DNA from: Gnetum montanum
Taxonomy: Eukaryota > Plantae > Gnetophyta
DNA length: 52,632 nucleotides
Direction: 5' to 3'
Assembly: GCA_015680685.1 (NCBI GenBank)
Contig: MNCI01002116.1
Span: 54,944 to 107,575 of the forward strand
Shown piece by piece: positions 1-10,021 of the stretch. The notes below the pieces were generated by a model. That model was not told where the DNA came from, did no database searches, and worked only from the letters and a program-made list of their open reading frames with translations. The position numbers and the translations under genes were made by a program. Position 1 is the first letter of the stretch; each line of letters begins with the position of its first letter.

Positions 1-231
1 CTGATTATAATGGGAAGGACATGGCTGAGTACAATAGACGCATGCCTTAGGATCTGCGATCTTTCCTTGGAAATCTCTAAGATAAACATATGTGGAAAGA
101 TCGAGAAGAGGAAAGTTCCATGCATCACATACAGTGATTCATCGGGTGATGACATGGAGGAAATGTCTCCATGTAACAGGTGTGCCGAGGAAACATTGAA
201 ACAAAGATGCCTGTATGTAACAACCACATAA
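1..231 (+). pseudogene. Gypsy retropepsin (aspartic protease) C-terminal remnant
   Basis: Translation LIIMGRTWLSTIDA resembles the retropepsin C-terminal ILGRPWL motif; same strand as the downstream PPT and LTR at 2129. Confidence 0.4.
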
Positions 232-504
232 GAAGAAGTAGACACCCCGTGGTTGATAGCTAGAAGGAGCAAAAAAAGGTGCATGGAACGAACTGAGGAA
301 ACACATACCCGTAACGAAGGCATAGACACATTGAAATATGAGCGTCGCCAACTTCCACTCCTCAACCTAAGAACATCAGTTGGGAGAAGTTGGGCACTTC
401 TACAAAATTCAAACAAACGCTCATTATTTCGGATCTCTCCCTTACAACTTAGTCATGGGGGAGATGGCCACCTATGCTAATCATATGGGGCCCTCAGTTC
501 TTTT

Positions 505-1369
505 NNNNNNNNNNNNNNNNNNNNNNNNNNNNNNNNNNNNNNNNNNNNNNNNNNNNNNNNNNNNNNNNNNNNNNNNNNNNNNNNNNNNNNNNNNNNNNNN
601 NNNNNNNNNNNNNNNNNNNNNNNNNNNNNNNNNNNNNNNNNNNNNNNNNNNNNNNNNNNNNNNNNNNNNNNNNNNNNNNNNNNNNNNNNNNNNNNNNNNN
701 NNNNNNNNNNNNNNNNNNNNNNNNNNNNNNNNNNNNNNNNNNNNNNNNNNNNNNNNNNNNNNNNNNNNNNNNNNNNNNNNNNNNNNNNNNNNNNNNNNNN
801 NNNNNNNNNNNNNNNNNNNNNNNNNNNNNNNNNNNNNNNNNNNNNNNNNNNNNNNNNNNNNNNNNNNNNNNNNNNNNNNNNNNNNNNNNNNNNNNNNNNN
901 NNNNNNNNNNNNNNNNNNNNNNNNNNNNNNNNNNNNNNNNNNNNNNNNNNNNNNNNNNNNNNNNNNNNNNNNNNNNNNNNNNNNNNNNNNNNNNNNNNNN
1001 NNNNNNNNNNNNNNNNNNNNNNNNNNNNNNNNNNNNNNNNNNNNNNNNNNNNNNNNNNNNNNNNNNNNNNNNNNNNNNNNNNNNNNNNNNNNNNNNNNNN
1101 NNNNNNNNNNNNNNNNNNNNNNNNNNNNNNNNNNNNNNNNNNNNNNNNNNNNNNNNNNNNNNNNNNNNNNNNNNNNNNNNNNNNNNNNNNNNNNNNNNNN
1201 NNNNNNNNNNNNNNNNNNNNNNNNNNNNNNNNNNNNNNNNNNNNNNNNNNNNNNNNNNNNNNNNNNNNNNNNNNNNNNNNNNNNNNNNNNNNNNNNNNNN
1301 NNNNNNNNNNNNNNNNNNNNNNNNNNNNNNNNNNNNNNNNNNNNNNNNNNNNNNNNNNNNNNNNNNNNN
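505..1369. other. Assembly gap (N run)
   Basis: Run of n. Confidence 1.
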
Positions 1370-2095
1370 TGACATTCCTATTTGGAGCCTTAGTTAAATT
1401 CTTTTCCTTAACATTTTGCAATTATTTTTATTTTTGTTCATTTCCATCTTGACATCCACTTCATCGATGCCATAGTTGTCCCTTTTTATCTATCTTTCTT
1501 ACTCCTTTTCTTTCTCCATTCTAACACTATCGGAGGTTTGCGATTAGTCATAGGGGTACAGGGCCTGATTTTTTCAATTTTCTCCCTGCCCCGAAATTTT
1601 TTGATCTTCTTCCTAACACCTACACCTTCGGTAGTCATCAGTCACATATTCCCAAATCCATATTAGCCATACCACAACCTAGCCAATGAGTTTACACCGA
1701 AGCAAGGTATCAATTACATGATGATTCAATTACCCTTGCTAATATATGATTGTGTTGTGTGTGAAGATGAAGGACATGCAAACAATGGATTGGATCTGGA
1801 GCAAACACTTGGAGTGGAGCCGTGCTAGAAGTAGCTATGCAAGGAGCAAGATCGATGGCGCACTTATAGATGGACAATGAAGGCGCAATTTTGGTGTTGG
1901 CAGCAGTAACACTTCTTTCTCTCTCTCTTTCTCAGCTGCCAACAAAGGCCTGATGTCATTGTAATAAGGTGTTCACCCCTGTTGTCATGAACACCAATTT
2001 TGTCAAGTCTTGTAATAATGATCCGTTCACATGTCATTCCATTAGTTCCATTCCCCTCAATAATTCCATACCTACCTGATATTATTGTAAGGAAC

Positions 2096-2128
2096 TCAAG
2101 GACGAGTTTTCATTCAGTCATGGGGGTA
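2096..2128 (+). promoter_or_regulatory. Gypsy-type PPT region preceding a 3' LTR
   Basis: ctcaaggacgagttttcattcagtcatgggggta lies immediately before the LTR start TGATGAG; this resembles typical Gypsy pre-LTR GAGGAC...GGGGG tracts. Confidence 0.55.
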
Positions 2129-3066
2129 TGATGAGATGTGATATCGCATGCACCGCAATATCGTGGCTGTCCCCTGCGATATCGCATACGCGATATTGCG
2201 GTCCGTCGCCAAATCTATAAATAAGAGGCGGCACTCCCCTCATTTTCCATCCTAGGATAGAAGTAGTAAAGCTTTGGCAGATTGATCACCACAGAGATAG
2301 AATATTTTCCATGTGCCCGCAGTAGGAGTCCCCCAAGTGAATGGTTCTTTATTCGAGCAGCTTTGTACCTGAATGCAAGTTGTGTACAACAATAAAGACG
2401 AGCTTTGTGGATAAACCTTGCAGTACATGGATAGGTTTTATTACATTTTATTTATTATCTGTTGTTAGTGTGGCATGAGTACGACTTGGTTACGAGCATT
2501 GAGAAATGTGTACAGCTAACCAAGGAATCGGCTACTCATCACGATTAGATTCTCTCACCCTTGTCTCCTAGAACGCGGGATGAGTACGACTTGATTACGA
2601 GCATCTAGGATGTGTACAACTAGTCAAGGAATTGGTTGCTCATCATGCTTAGGCTAGTTAGGTGCCTCAGTATGACCACTTCGAGCACATGCGTTACGTG
2701 TGGTGATCCTAGTAACGATTAGCGTTTGGTAGCCACAGTTGCATAGTTTAGGGTGTGTATGGCAAGTGGGAACAGATGTTGACGCTAGTTAATTTAGACT
2801 TAGGACCTTAGTTAGAGTTAGTTAGTTTCTCAACCCTTCACCCTTTAGCATAGGAGATGAAACCAAAAAAGACCAAAAAAATCATATACGTCGGACTTAC
2901 TTAACCATACACCGTGACAACAACAAGTAAGTTTGGGAAGACAACGAATGATTAACCCTAAGTGTTCCATGGGGCGTTTAGGCATTTAGTCTGCAGAGTT
3001 CGACTGGATCGTGCATGCTACACTCGTTCCGTATGGTTGAGTGTAGGGGTACCTCGCCACTCATCA
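2129..3066 (+). mobile_element. Family-A LTR (3' LTR of a Gypsy, possibly Athila-like, element)
   Basis: Termini TGATGAG...CTCATCA (7-bp inverted repeat); TATA ctataaata at ~2215; colinear high similarity to 37013-37923; preceded by a PPT-like tract. Confidence 0.9.
2470..2710 (+). other. Tandem structured-RNA hairpin motif in LTR (2 full units + 1 degenerate)
   Basis: Units 2470-2542 and 2575-2648 fold into bulged hairpins with compensatory changes; degenerate third unit ~2660-2710. Confidence 0.7.
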
Positions 3067-3322
3067 CAAGTCCACATACTTTCAAATTCTATTATCCATC
3101 ATGCAAACCTTAATAGAGCTTCAATCTCCACTATCCTCTATGAAGAATTTGTCCATCTATTTCTCCAAAGTCATTGCAACAATGGAAGAATCCACGTTGT
3201 GGCTTGAGCATGACAACTAGTTTCCAAAAGATCAAATTTTCATCCTATAGCCTACTCTAGCTTATGCCTCTCACCGTTGTTCTTGGTGCTACAGAGAATC
3301 CCAATGTTTTGCACATGATGTT

Positions 3323-3413
3323 CATCTGTGTTTCCATCCACACCTCCAATCTTTATGTGTAGGCTTCAACCTCCATTTCCTCAAATCCATAACCATGATC
3401 CCTATATTAAAAT
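3323..3413. repeat. 91-bp direct duplication, left copy (flanks the Copia element)
   Basis: Matches 8928-9018 with about 5 mismatches. Confidence 0.9.
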
Positions 3414-3877
3414 GATTGTGTAAAAAACTAGATGGCACAAGCAATCAAAGTATAAAATGTGAAAGAAAATGGCACAAGAAATTCACATGCATAAATAAAT
3501 AGAAATGCAAAATTCTTAAGCAAATGGAATTGACCTCCAGCCATTGATGCCTCAAATTAAATTTGGCATTCTGATTCTTCTTTCACACAGGCACTCTACA
3601 ATGATGGTGTATGAAATCTTCAAGTGTATGTGAAAGGGACCAGAACTGCAATTTTACTATGATTTATGGTGCCTTTGTTCTTCCATCAAGAACAAATTTA
3701 GAGGCCATGGAATTGGTTACCATAAGAGACCTAATTCCAATGCATAAAAATGCATTATTGGATATGGAGACCACCTTGATGCATTAACCAACTCGTAAAA
3801 ATGCGTTAGTGGGCATGGTGGCCACTTTCATGCATTAACTAATGCATAAAGCACGTTAGTGGGTAACACATGCTACA
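3414..3877 (-). repeat. Copia 3' LTR (outer ~10 bp lost)
   Basis: Similar to 8404-8927; ends tgctaca; contains ~49-bp tandem units (one fewer than the 5' LTR). Confidence 0.9.
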
Positions 3878-3890
3878 ATCTCCCACTTGG
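3878..3890 (-). promoter_or_regulatory. Polypurine tract
   Basis: Minus strand CCAAGTGGGAGAT abuts the LTR. Confidence 0.8.
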
Positions 3891-4166
3891 TCTCCATATT
3901 TAATTAGGTTTAGAGTTCAAGAAATAAATTCATGAATCATGGTGATAGTTCCTCTTAATGTGAGTATTATCTTCCATGTATTACAATACATGATCTTTCA
4001 AACGTAATTCCTTATATGGTAACTTAACTTTATGAATAAACCCAATGTTCATTCTAGGTCCTACCATATGTGTATTTTCTCTAATAATTATATGCGCAAA
4101 CCATATGAGAAAATAACACAATTGAATAAGAGTTTCATTAAGACCATAAGTTGTACATACAAAAAA

Positions 4167-7100
4167 TTACATTATGGAACCAACTCCCATCCGAACTACA
4201 TGATCCTTAAATGAATTTGGTGGCATTTCTTTTGTCAAAGGATCATCTATCATTAATTCAGTACTTATATGTGCAATGAACACTTTGTCTTCCTTAATGC
4301 ATTCCCTTATGGCTAAGTACTTTATGTTGATGTATTTACTTCAACTGCCACTCTTATTATTCTTAGTCATAAAGACAACAACTAAATTATTACAAAACAT
4401 TCTTAATGGCCTAGATATAAAATCCACAATTCTAAACCCTGTTATGAAGCGTTTTAACCATACACCATGTGAAGTAGCCTTAAAGCAAGAAATGAACTCT
4501 ACCTCCGTGGTGAAAGTAGTAACCAAAGTTTCCTTTCCACTCCTCCAAGATATAACTCCTCTAGCTAGCATAAAAACATAACTAGATGTTGATTTCCATT
4601 AATCAACACAGCTAGCAAAGTTTGAGTTGGAGTAGCCAGTCACCTCTAAGGAATCAGTTCATTTATACATAAGCATGTAGTCTTTTGTACTTTGAAGGTA
4701 CCTCATCACTTTCTTTGTAGCCCTCTAGTGGTCAATACCTAGATTACTCTGATATCTGCCCAACGTTCCCATAGCAAATATAATGTCAGGTCTTGTGCAG
4801 ACTTAAGCATACATAAGGCTTCCAACAGTTGAAGCATATGAAATGTTGCTCATTTGAATTTTCTCTAAATCATTCCTAGGGCACTAGTTTAAATTGAACC
4901 TATCGCCCTTCACAATGGATGCTATACTTGGTAAACAATCTTTCATCTAAGGCCTCTCTAAAAATTTATTGATATAGGTTTCCTATGATAGTCCTAGAAC
5001 ACATCTAGATCTATCCCTATGGATCTATATGTCAATGGAATAAGATGCCTCACCCATATCCTTCATGTCAAAATTCTTAGAGAGAAAATATTTCACCTCG
5101 TATAGAAATCCACTATTATTGGTTGCAAGAAGGATATCACCCACATATAGAACAAGGAAATAGATTTTTCTTCCACTGACCTTTTGGTATATACATTAAT
5201 CCATGATGTTTTCTTCAAAACCAAATGAAGTGATTATATCATGGAATTTTAAGTACCATTGACGGGAGGCCTATTTCAATCCATATATGGATTTCTTGAG
5301 GTTGCATACCAGTTGCTCACCATCACTAGAGAAAAACCCTTCAAGTTGTTTCATATAAACCTCTTCCTCTAGATCACCAAATGCATCCCCAAATGCATAT
5401 ATGTCATAAACTCAGTTTCTAGCCTTTCCATAATTCAAATGGTATCTTTAAGATAGCCTTGGTTGGAACTTAGTTTAATATATACACTACCATCTTGAGA
5501 GCTTTAATCCATAAGGACTTAGGAAGCTTGGAGCTGCTAAGCATACTTTGCACCATGTTGAATATTGTTTGGTTGCTTCTTTCTGCCACATCATTATGGT
5601 CTAGAGAACTAAGCATAGTGTACTAGGCAATAATCCCATGCTCTTGAAGAAACTTAGCAAATGGACCAGGTGCTTGTCCATCATCAGTATATCTACCATC
5701 GTATTGACCACTCTATTAGATCTCACTATCTTTATTTACTTACCACATTATTTCTCTACTTCAGCCTTAAACACCTTAAAGGCATCTAAAGCTTCTCTCT
5801 TATTATGAAGTAAGTAGAGATACATATATTCTGAGTAATCATCAATAAAGGTAATGAAATACTTTTGACCATATGCATCCATATCTGGACTACAAATATC
5901 TGTATGTATGATCTCTAATATGTCTAAACTCCTCTTGGCACATTTCTTTAACATATTGATCTACTTTCCCTTTATGTAGTTCACACAAGTGTCAAAGTCA
6001 CTAAAATGCAGAGTACTAAGTACCCCATCATTTACTAATCTCTTTATTCTTTCAATAGAGATATGTCCTAATCTACAATGCCACAACATAAAGGATTCGT
6101 CATTCATAACACATCTCTTAATGCCAGCATGAACATACATAGGAGTATAAGAAGTTTCATTTTGTAAATTAATTTTGAAAAGACCATTTGTCAATGTACC
6201 ATTTCCAATAAGTTTAAATCTATAATATAAACTGAATATAGTGTCTAAAAAATCAAAGGAAAATCCCAATGCTACAAGCCTTGAAATAGAAATTAAATTC
6301 CTTGAAAAACTTGGAATATAAAATGTCTTTTCCAATTCTAAAATAAAACCACTGCTTAAAACCAAAATGTATATTTCGATTGCCTCCACATGTGAGCACA
6401 TCTTGCTGCCTGAAGAGATACATGACTTACTTCCCACTGGCTTCCTTAGGTTTTTCATCTCTTGCAAGGAATTGGTAACATGGATTGTAGAACTAGAATC
6501 AATCCACCATGTGTCATGGCCAACATCAACCATATTAGATTCAAAACAAACAAGTATTAGAACAATCCTTCTTTATGTGCCCTTTCTTTTTGCAGAAAAA
6601 ACATATGGATTCTTTCTTAATATTAGCTTGTGCAGGCAATTTGACCTTCCACTTGCCTTTGGCTTGTCCTTTATTCTTTCCTTGTGTAGCCAAATGCATA
6701 ATCTCTTTTGCTTCCATAGCAAGTCTCCCCTCTTCTTGCACACACATGGTGATTAGTTCATTGATTGACCATTTGTCCTTATGTGTGTTATAAGAAATCT
6801 TAAAGGGTTTATACTGTGGTGGGAGTGTGTTTAAGATGTAGTGCACAAGGAAATATTCTGACATCTCAACTTCAAGTGTTTTGAGTTTAGCTACTATATC
6901 CCTCATTGGCATGATGTGCACACACACACCACGAATTTTAGTGAGCTTCATGGATGAGAACTCATTATCAAGGTGCTAACCAATGCCTTGTCTACTGACT
7001 CAAACTATTCATCAATGGCCTTTAACAAAGCACACACATTATCATACTATTCTAGTGAACCATGCATACCAACTGATATCTTGGTTTTTATGAACATGAC

Positions 7101-7313
7101 ATAGAGGCAATTAGATCATTCCCATTTTTCATAATTACCAATATCATTTGGATGGTTGATTGCTATAACAACAGGTGGTTCATCCTTACGAATAGCATAA
7201 TCAATGTCCATCTAGCCTAAATGAAAAAGAATTCTCTCCTTCCACACCTTATAATTATCACCCTTTAATTTAGGAATGTGACATTTAAAATCAAAGTAGC
7301 TTACAAGTTGCAT
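4167..7313 (-). pseudogene. Copia gag-pol polyprotein (gag, zinc knuckle, protease, GAG-pre-integrase, integrase, partial RT, RNase H), disrupted
   Basis: LKGDNYKVWKERIL (gag), CFFCKKKGHIKKDC, WWIDSSSTIH, LWHCRLGHIS, HTDICSP..YFITFIDDYS, GQAPGPFAKFLQEHG, GDLEEEVYMKQ, SIYGLK, DPLTK; many stops and frameshifts. Confidence 0.93.
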
Positions 7314-8389
7314 AACTGTATAATCAAACATGCTTATGTCAGTAAATTTGCGGTTAAAATATCACAAGAAATGTTTACTAATGTAAATAATGAAAAATAT
7401 GAATCAAATGACATAAAATTACCTATGGGCTAAATTTTAATTCAAACATATTCATATATCCTTATGATGAAACTATTAAATTATATTCCTTTTCTTAATT
7501 CTTGTGGGTAAATTAAGAAAAATAATTTAACATATCATTCTAATTAATCATATTAAATACAATAAAAAATATTGTGGGATAAATTTTATCATAGTACATA
7601 TGATTAATCATAATTTTTAATGTTTTGTATCATATGTGATCCAAAATCTCTTAGTACATAATTTTGCATAATTAAAGATGCTGTGGCTACTCTCTAATTA
7701 TACAAAGTTATATAGATTACTTATAATTCATATGTAGAAAATGATGCATACATATACAAAAATATCTATAAAATTGATAAATTACCAAATTCAACATGGT
7801 ATAAACATAATTCATTCAATTATTCCAGCCCAAGGTGCCCAAGTGGAGGCCAAAGCACTAAAAGAAAATCCTATAGAACGATGCTAATTCATTGGTCAAC
7901 ATGAAAAAACACTAGAAATCATAATAACAATGATGAATGTTGGATACGCAAGCCAGAATGGAAAAAGCGCATACATAATTCACAAAATCCAACTATGCAC
8001 AGAGGGAATAAAAATTTGTTAGCCTTAAGACGACTCAAGTTAAACCAAATCATGCTTAACCATTAAAAACATTTACATAACAATAGGCTATTGTAGGCCA
8101 ATGATGCAGACAGCAGACTATCACACAAAGAAAAATTGCAGATAGCATAACCAGACCAGCTCTCCAAAACAATAAAGGAAAATATCCTCATTTCCATAGC
8201 AGTAATGGTTTCTATTTTCTAGTTCTATGGTGCACAAGAATGCAACAAAATGTGAGAGTGAAATCTCTTTTACTAGGCAGAAACCAAAAGTGAGCGATCT
8301 TCCTCAAACTACAAAGCACAGAAATATTAAAAAAAAGCTATTTCTAGATTGCACCATCATCAAAAACTGCATCAAGATAGAGATCTAAT

Positions 8390-8401
8390 GCTTTGATACC
8401 A
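8390..8401 (-). promoter_or_regulatory. Primer-binding site (tRNA-iMet)
   Basis: Minus strand TGGTATCAAAGC, 2 nt from the LTR (canonical TGGTATCAGAGC). Confidence 0.9.
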
Positions 8402-8403
8402 AA

Positions 8404-8927
8404 TGTAAGAAAATAACTGTGCAAAAAACTAGATGGCACAAGTAATGAAAGTACAGAATGTGGAAGCAAATGTCATAAGAAATTCACATGCATAAATAAC
8501 TAGAAATGCACATTCTTGAGCAAATGGAACTAACCTCTAGTTGTTGATGCCTTAGATTAAATTTGGCATCCTGATTCTTCTTTCACATGGCCACTCTACA
8601 ACAATGGTGAATGCAATCTTCAAACGTTTGTGAAAGTAGCTGGAATTGTAGTCTTGCTATGATTCATTGTGCATTTGTTCTTCCATCAAGAATGAATTTA
8701 TAAGCCACAAAATTGGTACCATAAGAGACCTAATGCCAACGAGTAAAAAATGCATTGTCAAATATGGAGGCCACCTTGATGCATTAACCAACTCATAAAA
8801 ATGCGTTAGTGGGCATGGTGACCACTTTCATGCATTAACTAATCCCTAAAATGCATTAGTGGGCATGGTGGCCACTTTCATGCATTAACTAATGCATAAA
8901 GCGTATTAGTGGGTAATGCATGCTACA
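8404..8927 (-). repeat. Copia 5' LTR
   Basis: TGTAAG...GCTACA termini; adjacent PBS; ~49-bp tandem units. Confidence 0.92.
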
Positions 8928-9101
8928 CGTCTATGTTTCCATCCACACCTCCAATATTTGTGTGTATGCTTCAACCTCCATTTCCTCAAATCCATAACCA
9001 TGATCCCTATATTAAAATAATAAGGTTGTTGGTCATGAAAAGTTAGAAAGCTTAGGATCTCACCAGAGAACATCATAGAAGTGGTTGTTGAAACTGATCT
9101 T
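8928..9101 (-). pseudogene. GATL: Galacturonosyltransferase-like (GATL, GT8) gene fragment
   Basis: Minus-strand translation with frameshifts SFNNHFYDVLW*DPKLS / PYYFNIGIMVMDLRKWR / EAYTQILEVWME matches the recalled GATL motif FWSDP..LS..F....PCYFNTGVMVMDL..WR...YT..IE.WME; the last part is repeated in 3323-3413. Confidence 0.8.
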
Positions 9102-9284
9102 GTAAGTGTTCCTCTACTATAGGTCCACCAGACTCTTCTGTGCCTTGTACATTTGCTTTAGTTTTTTTGCAATGTCCTCTCCAATTTTTCATGCTTCCCA
9201 CTTCTCTATGTTAGGTTGCTAATTTCCTCTCTAGGAGCTCTGTCGGCATGTGCCACAAATCACCATTTGAAATGTGAATCTGCA

Positions 9285-9383
9285 CTCAGCCCTAGTGATG
9301 GTGCTTTGAAGACTCTCCTTGCTAGCCTTTACAAGGTGCGCAGGTGATTTAGATTTGGAAGGCTTGAAGAATGAAAATGACAT
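9285..9383 (-). pseudogene. MO25: MO25-like (CAB39 family) N-terminal gene fragment
   Basis: MSFSFFKPSKSKSPAHLVKASKESL matches the plant MO25-like N-terminus (MSFSFFKPSRPKTPQEV.KAIKDSL); similarity stops after about 30 codons. Confidence 0.7.
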
Positions 9384-9837
9384 GGCTGCCTTGTAATCAC
9401 AGTTTCTAGTTCAATTTTATGCATAATATATTATCATTCTTCTTACATGGAAAAATTTCAATCTTAAGTGTTCATGAAGATGAACACTATATTTTGTTAC
9501 TAAGATAACTCTTCTCTACTCACGTAAGAGTTGGAACATTAGTCAGACGCAAGGGCAAATTTTCCGTTATGAGCAAATAAACTCGAAATATCACTACATT
9601 ACCTTGCAATAATAAACTTGAGATAATAATTATTTAACTTGTTATCATGTTAGTTATGTGTCTATGTTATCTTCCCTAAAATAATTATTATTTTTGAGAT
9701 TTAGGTAAGAGCCCTGATTATTCATGGAAATTTAATAAGTTGTAACCACATGATTTGTTGAACTTAGGAGCTAATAAGAAAGGTCAAGACTAGAAAACAT
9801 CTTGGGAGTTGAAGTTCAACAACTAATGCCCTAATTC

Positions 9838-10020
9838 TAATATTTATAATGTTTATATCATTTATATATAATGTTTACTATAATGTTTATATATGTGTGT
9901 GTGTGTGTGTGTATGTAATGTTTTTATATATAATGTAATTATAGGCACATTAATATAGTATATAATGTTTTTATATAATATATCATATTAATTAAACTAA
10001 AATAAAATAAAATAATTAAA
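9838..10020. repeat. AT-rich low-complexity tract with (TG)n microsatellite
   Basis: Repeated tataatgttt units, (tg)n at ~9894-9912, and (aaaat)n. Confidence 0.8.
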
Positions 10021-10021
10021 C

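Larger units (their letters stand above)
3414..8927 (-). mobile_element. Ty1/Copia LTR retrotransposon, Bianca-like, degenerate with internal deletion
   Basis: Two LTRs, tRNA-iMet PBS, PPT, and gag-PR-IN-RT-RH order on the minus strand. Confidence 0.93.

Noticed and set aside
380-1421. Long ORFs of about 300 aa in the ORF track
   Set aside because: They are artefacts of the N gap.
1894-1943. 10-bp inverted repeat tgttggcagc/gctgccaaca around a (CT)n tract as a miRNA or MITE
   Set aside because: The stem is too short, it is single-copy, and there is no TSD.
2129-3066. Hammerhead ribozyme/retrozyme suggested by TGATGAG and hairpins in the LTR
   Set aside because: No CUGANGA...GAAA core in a three-way junction was found on either strand; TGATGAG is simply the LTR terminal inverted repeat.
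3067-3085. Minus-strand KYVDL as a second MO25 fragment
   Set aside because: Only five residues, with no flanking similarity.
4276-4581. Plus-strand ORFs overlapping Copia pol (also 6367-6793)
   Set aside because: Antisense shadows of the pol reading frame, with no independent motifs.
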